DNA from: Minutocellus sp. GHC0000111
Taxonomy: Eukaryota
DNA: 64,000 bases
Assembly (NCBI GenBank): GCA_977018835.1
Contig: OZ361257.1
Span: forward strand, 992,001 to 1,056,000
Direction: 5' to 3'
Under the pieces are notes generated by a model. It was not told where the DNA came from. It did not search any database and saw only the letters and a list, made by a program, of their open reading frames with translations. The translations under genes were made by a program, and so were the position numbers. How positions within the stretch are numbered: position 1 is the first letter of the stretch; the number at the start of each line of letters is the position of its first letter. Below, one piece after another: positions 22,301 through 34,924 of this stretch.

Positions 22301-25300
22301 CCAGATCGCATGGCCCCTATTTCTGACTGATGCATCCTCCACTTCGAGTCATTGAAGGATAAAACTCGAGACCCTGCAAGGATACGGCACTCGACAAATA
22401 GTTCTGGTGAGTGATGATGGTCCAGTACACTTCCAAGAGTGCTGTGTGAGGGATGCTCAAAAGATTCACATGGAAGAGGCTTGTGAGTCCCAACGATCTG
22501 CGGGTTGTATGCTTTTGATCTTCTACTGTACAGCCGCTTCCGCTTGACGAATTGAGAGTCGGTTCTGTTGAAAGAATGTACATTCTTGACTTCTTCCAGA
22601 CGTTCTCTTGTCGATGCATCTAAAGTCATGCTGGTTAAAATGTCGCTTTCCTCCTCTGGCTCGTCATCATTGTGATGACGAAGAAATAGGCTATCACTAT
22701 CGTTTTCATGCGGGACAAATTGGGCACTATCGGCGCTGGTGGGTGAGGCCGCCTTGCATGCCTGCTCGGTGAGAAATTCTCTGCTTTTGTGCCGTGGAAT
22801 CGACACGACGCGAATTCTCTTCTTTCCATACGGGTTATCCCATGAAAACGAGCAGAATGACATGGGTGGTAGCTCAATTACCGTCGCAGTGTGATCATCC
22901 TGCACAAATTGAATGTAGTGAGACGTCGAACGATTCTCGCAACGAAAGGGAGATCGCGGGCTAATCATGACACTCGTTACGGTCGTTGGACCAGCCTGCT
23001 GTACATCTACCTTCACTATGCCAGCAGGACTGTCGCGGACACCGTCTCTCTCTACGTAGTAGGACGATCCAAATACATCTGCTTTGATAATATGCCTGCA
23101 AGATGATAAATGAGAACACACAAAGTGCAAGAAAAGATGTAAGTTTCACTGTGGAATGGAAAAGAAAATTAATTCAGTGCGTCTTCAAGTTTGTGGCAGT
23201 TTACGCTCCTCCGATCGAAACGAAACAAATCTGCGACCCACCACTGCTCCATGTAATCCCACGTATCAGCATCAATGCGAATCAAGTAGAATCGATGCTT
23301 GTCGTTCTCTGATTTGTGCTTTGATGCATCTTCAAATTGATACACTACTGTGGACTGGTCAAGTTGAAGTTCTGTAAACGCATCTGGTCGCATTTTCCAT
23401 CGACGGAGCGTTGAGTCAAGACCATGATCGGTCATTCTCTTTGCCAGTCTCTCCACGTCGGCCATTATACCAGAAACTGGCAAGATCGTAATGGGAATAT
23501 GCATGCAGTTCTTGACGATGAAACGAGGCGTGAATACGATGCTGTTGGTGCGGTAAAATGCCCCTGTCAGCGTCTCAATGCTCACTCCAAAGATGAATTT
23601 TTTGCATTTGCACTCTCCAAGCTGGCCAACAGCATCCAGACCGATGCCCTTCGACCACTCGACTAGGCTCTTGCCTTTTGAATTCAAGGGAGGAGGGTTC
23701 ATAACCAGCTGGCCGTTGGCAGATTCGTCCCACCATGCATTCAAGCCTTCCAAGCTTGCACCCTCGAGTGGGATGATCGATACCTCTCTTTGATCATTCT
23801 TCTCTTTCTTACCAGCCACATGACACATGGCCATTATTGGTAAGCCACCACTTCCACCATCGTACATGGTATCGTCGCGACCACTGAATTTGAGCATCAT
23901 CTTCATCCCTGTTTTGTTCTTGAGCCAGTAGGGCGCGTAGATGTTGCAGTATGGGATCCCATGCTCCACAGTAACATCAAGGAAAAAGTCCGCGTCGTCA
24001 CCGATGGTGCCCTTGACAACAGGCAAAGTCATTGATCCAGATCTGTTGCCACCACATCGAAGCTTTTTCATGTCAACGCATAGAGGTTCCGTCCAAAGAA
24101 GAGAATCAATGTTGTACTCTGACGCTACATCTTGAGCAATCTGTATGTACAGCTTCTCCTTCGTGTTGATGCCGTTTAGTAAGACATCTGCCCCGCTTGA
24201 TGCATTGTCTACATTGATAAAAGCTTGATTCTGCTGTTTACCAGCTTCTTCAAATGCGTGAGAATGAATCTTGCGGTGTCTTGCGTATCTTCGCCCCGCC
24301 GTTCCAGGAGCCGCCGCTGATGACGTGAGCTCGTCATCGCTGCTAGAACTTCCATCCTTATCCGCAATTTTGGCTCGGCGTGGCTTGGCTTTCGATGGCG
24401 TGTGCGCTCCAGCAAAAAATATCTGCCTTCTTCCAGTCGTCGGTCTTAATCGGCAAAATTGCCAGCAACGAAACTGAATGTTGAAAGGCAGAGCATTGGT
24501 AAGGACGAAAGAAGGCATTACGACAATTGTCGAATCCCACGCTGTCCTGGTCTTCGATGACTTTTTGCTGCCAGAGTGACGGGATCGGCTAGACCTATGA
24601 ACGTTCAATCGAGTCCGTTTGACCGAAACTCCGCTAGCCGCATGGCATCGCACAACCTCACTGATGTGGCGTGGATTAAAGAGAAAGTTTTTGGTCAACA
24701 ATACAGGCTCCCTCCAAAACACATTACTGTCCTTTGCAACATCGCCAATGAGCAGAAAGTGGAAGGATGAGGAGAGCATAATGTTGATCGGTAGGCCAAT
24801 CTTGGTGCCCGGCTCAAGATTATTTCGTTCGAAAACAATAGGAGCTTCCGCTGTGAGCTGCTTGAAGTAGAAGTCGAGGTTTCTCTTTGTTAAATTGACA
24901 GAGCGGTCCTTCTCTCTATTTGCCTTCCGTCCGTGCAGAGGTCCAAGATTTGCAACCTTCACGACACGAATATTGATCGGAGTCTCGGCAGTCACAGTAA
25001 GTGGAGAACGGGCATGAATAGTGACCGAATCAAGTCCTACAGAGATCGGAACAAGGGTGAGATATGGTTCAAAGCCAGAGGCGTTCTGACTATCATCATC
25101 TCGAGTCCGCCGCCTTCTTCTCCGGGCGAACTTGAGGCTTTTCAAATGGACCATAACCGACTGGTACACCAGGACTGGTACATCAATGATCTTACATCCT
25201 GGTACAGCGATGATAATTCCATCTTTCTTTGCAGCATCGATCGATGAGATATCCGGGCTAACCTGCCGTCTACCGTTGTGCCTGATGGTATCGAATGTCG

Positions 25301-28300
25301 CTATCAGTGACGTTGGTGAAATAGAGGGGTCCTTGATAAGCCTCCTATCCATAAAGCTTCGGCAGCAGAATCTCATGGAAACGCCCGCTTGATTTTCAAT
25401 GCGTATATGGGCAGGATTCAGCATAATTTGTTTGGCCCGAATCTGTTCCTCGATCTCGGGGAAGGACAATGTCCCACTGTAATCTGCATCGAGGGTTTTG
25501 ATTACAGATTCAATCATCCTTTCCATTTGCATTCCGGACTCGTTGCTATAAAAGACACCGAGGAAATGTTCCATTATCGCCAAAACATCTTCGGAGCTGA
25601 GTTCTTCGCTTGTGTCCTATGTACGAAATTTGATCGACGCATACAGAAAGAGCGGGAACGCAACGTGATGAGATGCATGTACATGAATGTATTCAGGATG
25701 AAACTACTACGTAGGTATGTAGCTAGATCCAAGAGAAGAAGAGCATATAAATCGGGAAGTGAGTAGGCCTACCTTGTCCAGAAAATTCCAGAGATCCCTG
25801 ACACCCTCAATTTGAAGGTCCATGGATAGGGACTCGTATGCATCCAACGATGACTGATTTACGATTTCGTTCAGCTTGGTGGCTGTGTCGAGCGCTGAAG
25901 GGGACACGTTGATACTCAAAAATTTTGGTAGCATAATCTTGCACGAAACTTCACGTGAATCGACTTTCTCTGTTTCGCCTCCTGCCGCGGGCATTTCCTT
26001 GAGAGCATATGAGAGATTGCCATAAGCTGAAAAGGGCTCCAGAAAGTCTTCCATTTTTGCATGCTTTGTATTTTGAATCTTGGTAGCAACTACGAACTCA
26101 AAATGCAGCTTATTGCCTTCCTCGTGCGATAATGACTTTTCATCCTGGCCGTGATGACTACCTTGCTCCGTTGAAGTGCTAGCGAACATTCCATCGGAAC
26201 TTGAAGGATCGAGCCGGGCAATCAGTGTCATATTTGTTCTGGTTAAGCTGGCATCGACAAGAGGTCTGTGATATGTGATATGTAATATGTAGAAGAGAAA
26301 GTTTGAGAAACGACATGATGTGAAAAGGAATCCGCAAAGAGCCTCTCATGATGTGACTTACGTAGCGAAAGTTAATCCATTGCCGATCTTTGCCGATGCC
26401 TCGTCCATTTCAAGCACTACTCTGAGATCATAAACAACGTTTGCCCTGGCCTCATCAGAAGAGCTCCCCCCCCGGACGTTGTCGATATCGGTCTCAAGCT
26501 TCTTGACATGAGAGGCAAAAAGGTCAAGCGCTCCCCTTCGAAACTTGGTCTTGGTATTTTTATCAATGACCCAATCAGTTGTTTTGCGGGCAACTCGCCT
26601 CGGTGTGGTTGGAGTATTCGCGAATTCTTCTTGTTGACTCTGAAGAAGAGCCGGCTTGACCAATGTTTTCCAGCAATACTTTGCGAAGTTGTAGTTCAGG
26701 AGGATACGGACTATGTCGACAAATTTTTGAAGAAACGTTGTTCCATGAAAAAGAGAGTTAAAGGTCTATGTGAGTTGCTTGGGATGAATGTTTAAATATT
26801 TCGGATAGGGTTTGTTGTCAACTTTACTTACCGAGCTTTCTCTGGACATCGGATAATCTCTGTATTTTAGGGGGAAAGATGGGACATTGAAGAAGAAATT
26901 AAACGTGTATGAGGAAAATGATCACCCCAAGCCCAAGCCCAAGCAATCTGACCAAAGGTCGCGACGAAATAGAGAGGCCTCACCTGATCATTGAGGGATT
27001 CTTTTGTACACCCCGTCTCCCTTTCGTAGAGTTCCCAAAAGAGCTTTATTCCATCTCCCTGACGCCAAGACGAGGGCGGCGGAAATTTCGATGTGTGAAG
27101 AGTCCCCGTGAGAGCATACACCTGCGTTGATGATGAATACTCCAAAAGGTCTTCGTAATAGATCAATCCTCGTAACCCCTCAATGGAGCCAAAGTCGTGA
27201 CTTTGCGCAGCATGTTCGGAGGCCGTCATACCGGACTCTTGGAGCCTCTGTTTCTGGAATAGAAGGAACTCAACCTCAGGGAAGGAAAGGTCTCTGGTTG
27301 CGGTACTATTGCTCCCCGCCAATGACAAGAAATACTGAACCTCCCTCTTCAGTTCCATGTCCGTGAGCTGCTGAGACTTTGGTATCTCAACAAAGATATT
27401 TTGCGCCTTGGCGCTGAATAATCGAGCAATAATCTCTGATACTTCGTCCACAGACAATGTGCCAGACCCATCTCTGTCTGCCATCCTCCAAAGCTCTTTC
27501 AATGCCTCGCGCCTACTGCGATCCTCTTCTTGACCAGATGCACTCTTCGTCGGGTCTGTCGATGGTTCTTCAGGGGCAGGAAGATATTCTAGAATCAAAC
27601 TAGAGCAATTGAGAGCTCCAAGTAGCGAGGCGTTGATAGTAGGCGACAGATAGGCAACAGCTCGCCGAACATATGCCGTAAGACTCACGTCGAAGACGTG
27701 ACGCTCCTCCAGCCCGTCACCTACTGCCGCCTTGGGTGAGGATACCGGGACGACAATTGGTTCCTTAGGTCTCGAAGCATAGTTAACAGATGCACCACCG
27801 AACTCCAAGGCTGGCTTGAACGGAAAATGGAATGGTTTGACAAATCCTCCCTGATCACTCGGCACGTAAAACAACCGACAACTCAGAACCTGGATAGGTG
27901 CCACAGTCATTTCAGCAGCTTCGACTCCATCTACCGATGATTCGGCCAGTAAGGATATATCTTGTATAGTGGCCTCGACGGTGCCCCTATTCACACCTGT
28001 AGCGTCAGGCAATGGTACAACCGTTATGCGCGAGAGCTGAACGGCCAGTAACATGTTTGCGCCACCGAGAACAATGCCCACGGGCGGCAGAGGAGCATCT
28101 TCTTCAGGTTTGACGGTAGTGGAAAAGGTATAAAGCGTGCTCTGTCGAAACGATGCAATGCCGTCGCCACTCTTTTCTAGCTCAGCTGCTTCTTGCGCCT
28201 CTTTCTCGGCGGCGAGGTCCCGAAATGGTAAGTCAGCAAATGATGTTAGGACGGCCAGCGATGATGCAAGTGGTACTGGATTCATGACAAAAACAAGATT

Positions 28301-31300
28301 TCCAGCGAACAAATTTATTGCGAGGTGGCTATCAGAGCTTTCGGTGGGATCCTTCTTGTGTTCCAAAGTCAAAGAGACCATAGAATTCGTTGTCGCTGCA
28401 TCACCCATTAAATTCGTATTGTCGAGCTGTTTGTAAATAATTCCACAGGGCGATTCGTCGAAAAATGTCGGCAACTGAACATCCCCAACAGCAGTCACAT
28501 CAGGTCGCCAGAAAATACTATCCACAGCCATTGAAATATTTTGGAAGACCCGAGGCGAAGCACTTTCTGCTGATGGCGAGAACACGATATTTTGCTGGTG
28601 TATCTCAATGAATGTGCCCTTTACAATGAGTGTGGTGGACATAACATCTTGAGATGACGTTTTAGAGCTGGAGGATCCCATTAGCTTCGATGCTCTCTCA
28701 CCAAAAGATCGATCAATGAAATGAAGCTGGATCGCTCTTATGTCGGCTAGAATATTCACGGAAGGGGCAAGCAAGTGAAATTTCTCTCGAACCAAACACA
28801 CAAGAACATCCACCGGAGAAGTATATGACTTTTCGAAGGGTGACAGCTGAATGCTTTCATCCAATGTATTGCCCCGTACAACTTCCGCAGGTTGAGGCAC
28901 CGCTTCAGGCGTAATTCTTGGTGACTTCTTTTTGCTTTGCAGGTCTGATTTCGTCAGTGCAAGAAACTCCCGAAGCTCTGGGTTTGATGCAGACAAATTC
29001 CATCTATCTCGCAGAACTGTACATCTTTCCTTCAATATCTCGTCACAATTCATTCGCGTTTCCAGTTTCGCCAGAGTTTCCTTTTCTAAACCATCATTCT
29101 TTTTTGTCGTATCAGCTCGAGTCTTCACTACGTTTGGCGACGATGTGCCAGCTTCTGAAGAATCTTTGACCGAGATTGTACCTGGAGAATCTGCCTTATC
29201 CTGCGCTACGTTGAGATAGCTGGGCTTTTGATCTTTCAAAAGGATACCGCGATCGCCCCCCTTTTTCTGCACCACTTCCTGAATGCCCTTGGACTTTCTG
29301 TAGCAATCACGATATGTTTGCCGCTCAATGTCACTGAGAGGAGAGATACTATTCTGATACTTCCTTCGAAGCCATGCGGCCCATTCACCGTGCGAAGAAT
29401 CTGGATCGGCAAAATCATCCAAGTGGACAAGCGCCGTATAAAGGGGCATGCATTCTAACCGCAAAGATAGGTTGGACATCCTCACATTGATGCCAAGCTT
29501 TCTTTTTTGCCAAAAATGATCATAATTTAGAGCCCAAACAAGTATCGGCAGGACACCTGTTACATCGACAACGACAACATTATCGGATGGAATAATGGTG
29601 TACCATGTCCTCCGCCTCTTCCTCCTCTCACCAGCCTTCGTTCCACCCGTATTATGAGTATTGGGAATGTTGGAGGCACCTCGACGACCTGGTGACGAAT
29701 GAGGAGAAGGGCCAACATCTGACGATTTTTTTCGTTGCGCTGGCATCCCAACTTGCATAGATATGCCTCCAATACCGACCTTCAAAGTGCAATCTGGGCC
29801 CTGAAAGGAGACGAAGACGGATTCAATCGAAAGGACCGATACTGCACGTTGATGCCAGCCCAAGCAAGAAAGGGCTAAATTTGCTCGGTACGGTTCCACT
29901 GCATTGGTCTTTCTAGCATTCTTGACAGTCGGCACATCGGCCCCAGCAATAGCTAGAGATATGTCTGCACATTCGATCTCGACAGAAGACAGGACACGAC
30001 GCAAAATACTCTTGAGCAGAAAGTTCATGATATCGTCATGTATTCCCTCATCTGCTGCCTTTTCATCTTTACCCTGGAAACCAGAGTTACGCCTCCCGCT
30101 CGTTCCACCAGTCTTGCCACCCTCCTCCCTCGCTTCAAGTTGTTTTGATTTTGCCCTTCCATCCTCCTTCAGGGATGCTTTCTGGCGTTTATTGGCATTT
30201 TTGACGCCATACTTTTTGCTGGTATGCTCAACCCATCGTTCCATATGGAATATGATGCTATCTGCCGCCGACCTACCTTCCCCGGCGAAACACTGCAGCA
30301 TCGTATCTTGATCTGCAAAAACTGGAAGATTCTTTGTCATCGCATTGCTATTTTTGGCAGCATTCTTCGGAACAATCGCAGACGGCAGTACTTCGTCGTC
30401 ACTGGCAATACTACCATTGTCTTCCTCAAAGTTCAATGTATCATCACCGAAAAAAGAAATAGAGCGCTGATGACGATGGGTTGGGATGAAGCCCTCAGGC
30501 GGGTCTGGTGCCAAGTAGGCCTTGTCTACTAGAACATTGACTCCCTTTACTCGAATACGAATGTGTGGGGCAGGGAAATAGAACGCAATGAACCGAAGCC
30601 ATGTTTCCTCGGGCTTCTTCCGCTTGTCAATGGTTTTCGCATTTTCTTCCGAAACTTCTACCTGTTCGCCGCGCTCGAGCTTATCCTGCGAACCAGCTCC
30701 ACTAGAAGAAGCTGCCGACCGAAGGACCTTTTGGAGCTCCTTGTACTCCCTCCACCTCCTCACCAAGCTCACGAGCGGCATGGCTTTCACCAAATGAAAG
30801 GAACATCCCATCCCAATCTCTTGAATCCTGAGATTTGATCCCCGGAACGGATCCGGCGCTGGATCGCTACTGCTGCTACCTCTGTCAGAGCCACGACGGC
30901 GATGTCCTTTCCTGGTCTTTGTGTGTTGCAACTTATCGGCAATCTTCTCGCCCCAATGGTCGTGCTCCCTCCCCTCACCTTTGATCTCCAAGGGAGGCGA
31001 AGTAACGTCCGCCGAAGGAATGATGGCCACCACAATGGTCTTGGCCAGTTCGGATTCAGATGGGCGGAGCTCAAGTTGTCGAATGGAAAGAGACAGGCGA
31101 AAGGCGGATACCTTGATCTTCTCGTATTTGATCCCCATCTTCTCTCGCATTGGTTTTCTGTGGATTGGTGGGTATCGGTAGCGTAGTAGTGAAGGAAGCA
31201 GAGTGAGGGATTTGCACAAGTTCGCGCTATCAAACAACACACATAGCCAGCTATTAGTAGCCAGCAGGCACTCACCGGAACAAGTTCTCCAACAGCTCAC

Positions 31301-31751
31301 TTAAGAATTTGGTCCAAACCTTGGCCGTAATCACGAGCAACAATACGATCAGCAAGGCAGCGTGCCAAACATGGGCCTTTCGAATGAATCCGACGACGGC
31401 ACCGACGTACGCTCGGCCTGATGTGCCGGATGCGTGGAGGAGTGCCACCCACTCCTCGCGGCTGCGAGGCAATTTCGTAGATGAGATCGAGGCAAGGAGA
31501 GTTGTGGTGGCGTTGCCCAAATCGCGTAGGGCAGCCTCGGTGGCCTCGTTGGGGTCGGAAGCGGCGTCAGGCGCGTCAGGGACCGCATCGGCGCCCATGA
31601 GTGGCGTCGAATCTTTGCCGCCGGAGATGGCATCATCTATCGCCTGGTCGGTGTCGGGATCACCAATTACTTCCGTATTCACGAGGCACTTCCACGGCGA
31701 CAACCATGGTGCAAGGAAGCACAGAACGTTGGCGGCAGCCTCGGCCGCCAT
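19315..31751 (-). CDS. VPS13-like bridge lipid-transfer protein, multi-exon, with N-terminal TM helix, EF-hands and C-terminal C2-like domain
   Basis: Collinear ORFs 31272-31751, 26867-31157, 26358-26663, 25707-26231, 23169-25583, 21727-23130, 20388-21821, 19315-20451. VAB-type motifs LTNALPF, IYAPYWLKNKTG, FTPRFIVKN, PFRCENRS, FSWDNP. C-terminal Gly-rich helices GVAGVVGNPYRG...RCRPVR. EF loops DRDGSGTLSVDE and DADYSGTLSFPE. Exon boundaries only partly resolved. Confidence 0.85.
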
Positions 31752-32084
31752 CTTGAAGGGAGGCGATGTGGGCTGCTTGGCTGATGAATGAGGCAGGTTT
31801 GCATTTCGTGGCGGAGACGTCCAGGTAGCCGAGGAGAGAAGGCTCCGGGTGCCTTGTTCGGAGCTCAAAGATGAGGCTCGCTGAGCAACGAGATTTGAGC
31901 TAGATCTATGATGCAAGTTGATAGAAAAGGCACGATCGATATCAATCAAGAGGAGAGAGCAGAGTGAAACGACGAACTCACTCTTCTTGGTAAAGCAGGA
32001 GCTGCATCGACTGAGAAGAGGATATCGAGTATCGCTCGATTCAAAAATTTACATTACGTAGAAGTACGATCGTACAAACATTAT

Positions 32085-32633
32085 GTGTCTAGCGTTATCT
32101 CCCAGTGGAAGTTCTTCTTTAGTCCCCACCAGGACGATCCTCGCTTTTCCGCGAACTACGCAAACAATCTTGTAATGGACAAGTTCAAGGGCTTCTTCCC
32201 GGATGAACTTACTACGGAGGATTGTGTCAACGAGCTTGTCAAACGGCCCAACCTTCTTCTTCCTGTCCTGTTCGTCGCGAAAAACAACAAGCTCAAGGTC
32301 GCCTTCCTGCATCGTGTCGTCTCAGAGAACGACGTCGACCCCAACCCAGTACTTGTATCGATTGCCAACTCAGACCACAGAACCATTCCAGTCGATTGTA
32401 TTGGCCGAGACTCACAAGGCCAGAATCGCTCAGTCAGTGAGAGATTCACCTCAACCTGTAGCGGGTTCGCACGGTTGCACATGCAACTTCATCCTTTTAA
32501 ATTTCCTGTGCGAGCGAAGAAAGTAGCCGTGGAACGGTCATTCGATGACCGCCTCGACGACGAAATTCTTCCGCAGCTTCGACTCAGGTTGGGCAACACC
32601 GAGCGGCTCTGTCCCGATATTGGCCGGAAGTGA
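32085..32633 (+). other. Orphan 182-aa ORF, possibly a truncated mobile-element ORF
   Basis: ATG-initiated ORF between the divergent starts of two host genes. The N-terminal ~105 aa look protein-like and the rest looks random. Confidence 0.35.
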
Positions 32634-32965
32634 TCTCTACAATTGATCATTTTGGGTCCTACGGGGGACATTAGACCGCCAAATTGTTGTTTTACTTGCA
32701 GTTACAACACAATTCTACTAGACTCTAGATCTACGAGGGTGGACGCCAGGGAGGGTCCTTGCGATACGAGATAGATGAGGCGACTGGACTTGGTTCGAAG
32801 GACCGAACGGGTGGGCGTTTTCTCATGCGTAAAAGGCCTGACGTAAAAGGCCTGACGGAGCCGCCGCCCGCTCATCGTGAGCTGCTGTTCTTTGCTGATG
32901 ACTTGGCTGCGGCAGATTCGATTCGACGGGGCCCCACAACGTGCGGCGCAGGAGCAACGACGACG

Positions 32966-34753
32966 ATGACCATTCCATCGCCAGCGGCGTTGCTGTTGGC
33001 CATTTATATTCTTATCGATGCGAGGCAATGTTCCGCGTTCGCTCCAATTAGCACAAGATGTGATCGCACGAAGCAGCCGACGTGCATGCCAACAGTATCG
33101 TCATCGTCAACGTCATTGGCCGCTGCTACTTCTACTCCTACCAGTACTGCCGAACCAACAACGAAGAAGAAGGTGGTCATCATTGGAGGAGGCTGGGGTG
33201 GTCTCAGTGCCGCGCACTCTCTCAGCTCTCAAAGTGACGAGCTTCTGGACATTTGCGTCGTCGATGCTGCCCCGCGAATGGGTGGCCTGGTTCGAGATGG
33301 CTTTACGACCATGTCTGGCAACCGAACAGCCGAGGCCGGGCAGCATGGGTTTTGGCAAAATTATTACAATATATTCCACCTCCTCGAGAACGAGTTGCCG
33401 AATGTGAATATTGACGATATCCTGACGGGCTATGCCGAGCAGGGACAGTATTCTCCGCAAGGCCTTGAGGCGGTCTGGCCCGTCTACCAAAGGAACCCAA
33501 GGTTGCCCACTGGATTGGCACAGGCCTTGTACACCAAGTTTGAGAACTTGCCAGTCCTAGACCGAGCATCGGCAGCTCCCCTGGTTCTTGCATTTTCAGA
33601 GTTTGACGACTCACCAGAAGCATGGGAGAAATACGATCAAATGTCTTTCCGTGACCTTTGCATCAAGCTTGGAGTTAGCAAAAGGTGCTACGACGAAGCA
33701 TTCGAACCGATGATATTGACTGGTTTATTTGCGCCTGGGTCGGAATGTTCTGCTGCTGCTGCATTGGGAATGGCGTTCTTTTTCGTATTGAAGACGCAAG
33801 AATCATTCGACGTTCGTTGGTCTATAGGGAACATTGGCGAAGCCATCTTCCAACCCTGGGTGGAATACATGAAGAGCGACAGGGAGGCTGAGGGTAAGCA
33901 AAGGGTTAGGTTTTTGACTTCGACTCGAGTGACTGGCTTTGAACAAAACGATGGTACCATCGGCATGGGCGATGGTCTAAGCGCGGTCATTTGCACAGAC
34001 AAGGATGGACAAGAAATCAGATTGGAAGCAGATGCCGTTGTGTTTGCGACCGGCGGTGCCGCACTCAACGGCATGGTTCGCAATAGCCCCACCTTGGCAC
34101 GAAAAGCAGAATTCAGGAGGTATGCAAACCTAAGGGGCACGGGGGTTCTCGCTACACGCATTTATTTGGATCGCAAAATCGACACACCCTACTCAGCCAA
34201 CGCTTGTTGGGGTTTCGATCCTGGGGTCGGCATGACAATGTTTGATATCACAAAACTCCACGGCATCGAGGATAAAGAAGAAGGCACTGTTCTCGAGGTA
34301 GACTTTTATCACGCAGCGTCTCTCCTCGTTATGGACGATGAATCCATCGTTGCAAAAGTCAAGAAGGATATTGATACCATTCTTGGCCCTCAATGTAGAG
34401 ACGCCAAAGTGGCCGATGCGGCGATTGTGCGACTCCCAAATGCAGTAAATTGGTACTCGCCGGGGTCGTATGATTCCATGCCCGACGTTCAATCGAAAGC
34501 ATTTGTTAATGTATACTATGCCGGAGATATTGTTCGAACTCGCCACGGGTCCTGGTCCCAAGAGAAAGCCTATGCCACGGGCATCGAAGCCGCCAACGCC
34601 ATTCTAGGAAGGAAAGAAAACGAGAATATCATTCCCCTTCCAAAAGATGAGCTGCATGTGGAGGCAGGTCGCACAGCTTTATCTACGCTCAAAAAGGTTA
34701 TTGGATTTGGCGATCCATCCAAGGCCCCATCACTCGTCGACTTCTTATGGTGA
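32966..34753 (+). CDS. Plastid-targeted flavin-containing amine-oxidase-family protein (carotenoid desaturase-like)
   Basis: Signal ending CSA-FAP. FAD motif VVIIGGGWGGLSAA...VVDAAPRMGG. EAGQHGFW..Y.NIF. YYAGDIVRTRHGSWSQEKAYATGIEAAN. Confidence 0.85.
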   Translation: MTIPSPAALLLAIYILIDARQCSAFAPISTRCDRTKQPTCMPTVSSSSTSLAAATSTPTSTAEPTTKKKVVIIGGGWGGLSAAHSLSSQSDELLDICVVDAAPRMGGLVRDGFTTMSGNRTAEAGQHGFWQNYYNIFHLLENELPNVNIDDILTGYAEQGQYSPQGLEAVWPVYQRNPRLPTGLAQALYTKFENLPVLDRASAAPLVLAFSEFDDSPEAWEKYDQMSFRDLCIKLGVSKRCYDEAFEPMILTGLFAPGSECSAAAALGMAFFFVLKTQESFDVRWSIGNIGEAIFQPWVEYMKSDREAEGKQRVRFLTSTRVTGFEQNDGTIGMGDGLSAVICTDKDGQEIRLEADAVVFATGGAALNGMVRNSPTLARKAEFRRYANLRGTGVLATRIYLDRKIDTPYSANACWGFDPGVGMTMFDITKLHGIEDKEEGTVLEVDFYHAASLLVMDDESIVAKVKKDIDTILGPQCRDAKVADAAIVRLPNAVNWYSPGSYDSMPDVQSKAFVNVYYAGDIVRTRHGSWSQEKAYATGIEAANAILGRKENENIIPLPKDELHVEAGRTALSTLKKVIGFGDPSKAPSLVDFLW

Positions 34754-34924
34754 AGGGAGGCAATAGAAACTAAGAAATAATTTTGCTGCATTACGTAGTC
34801 TAGTACTATGAGGTATTACTTGCTTTGTAAGAACTCCTTGCGCAAGATATCTACCCCAAACACAATCGAAAAGAATAAATTTATCCGTGATCCCCAACCT
34901 CTCTCATTAGATCATTTATTTCCG

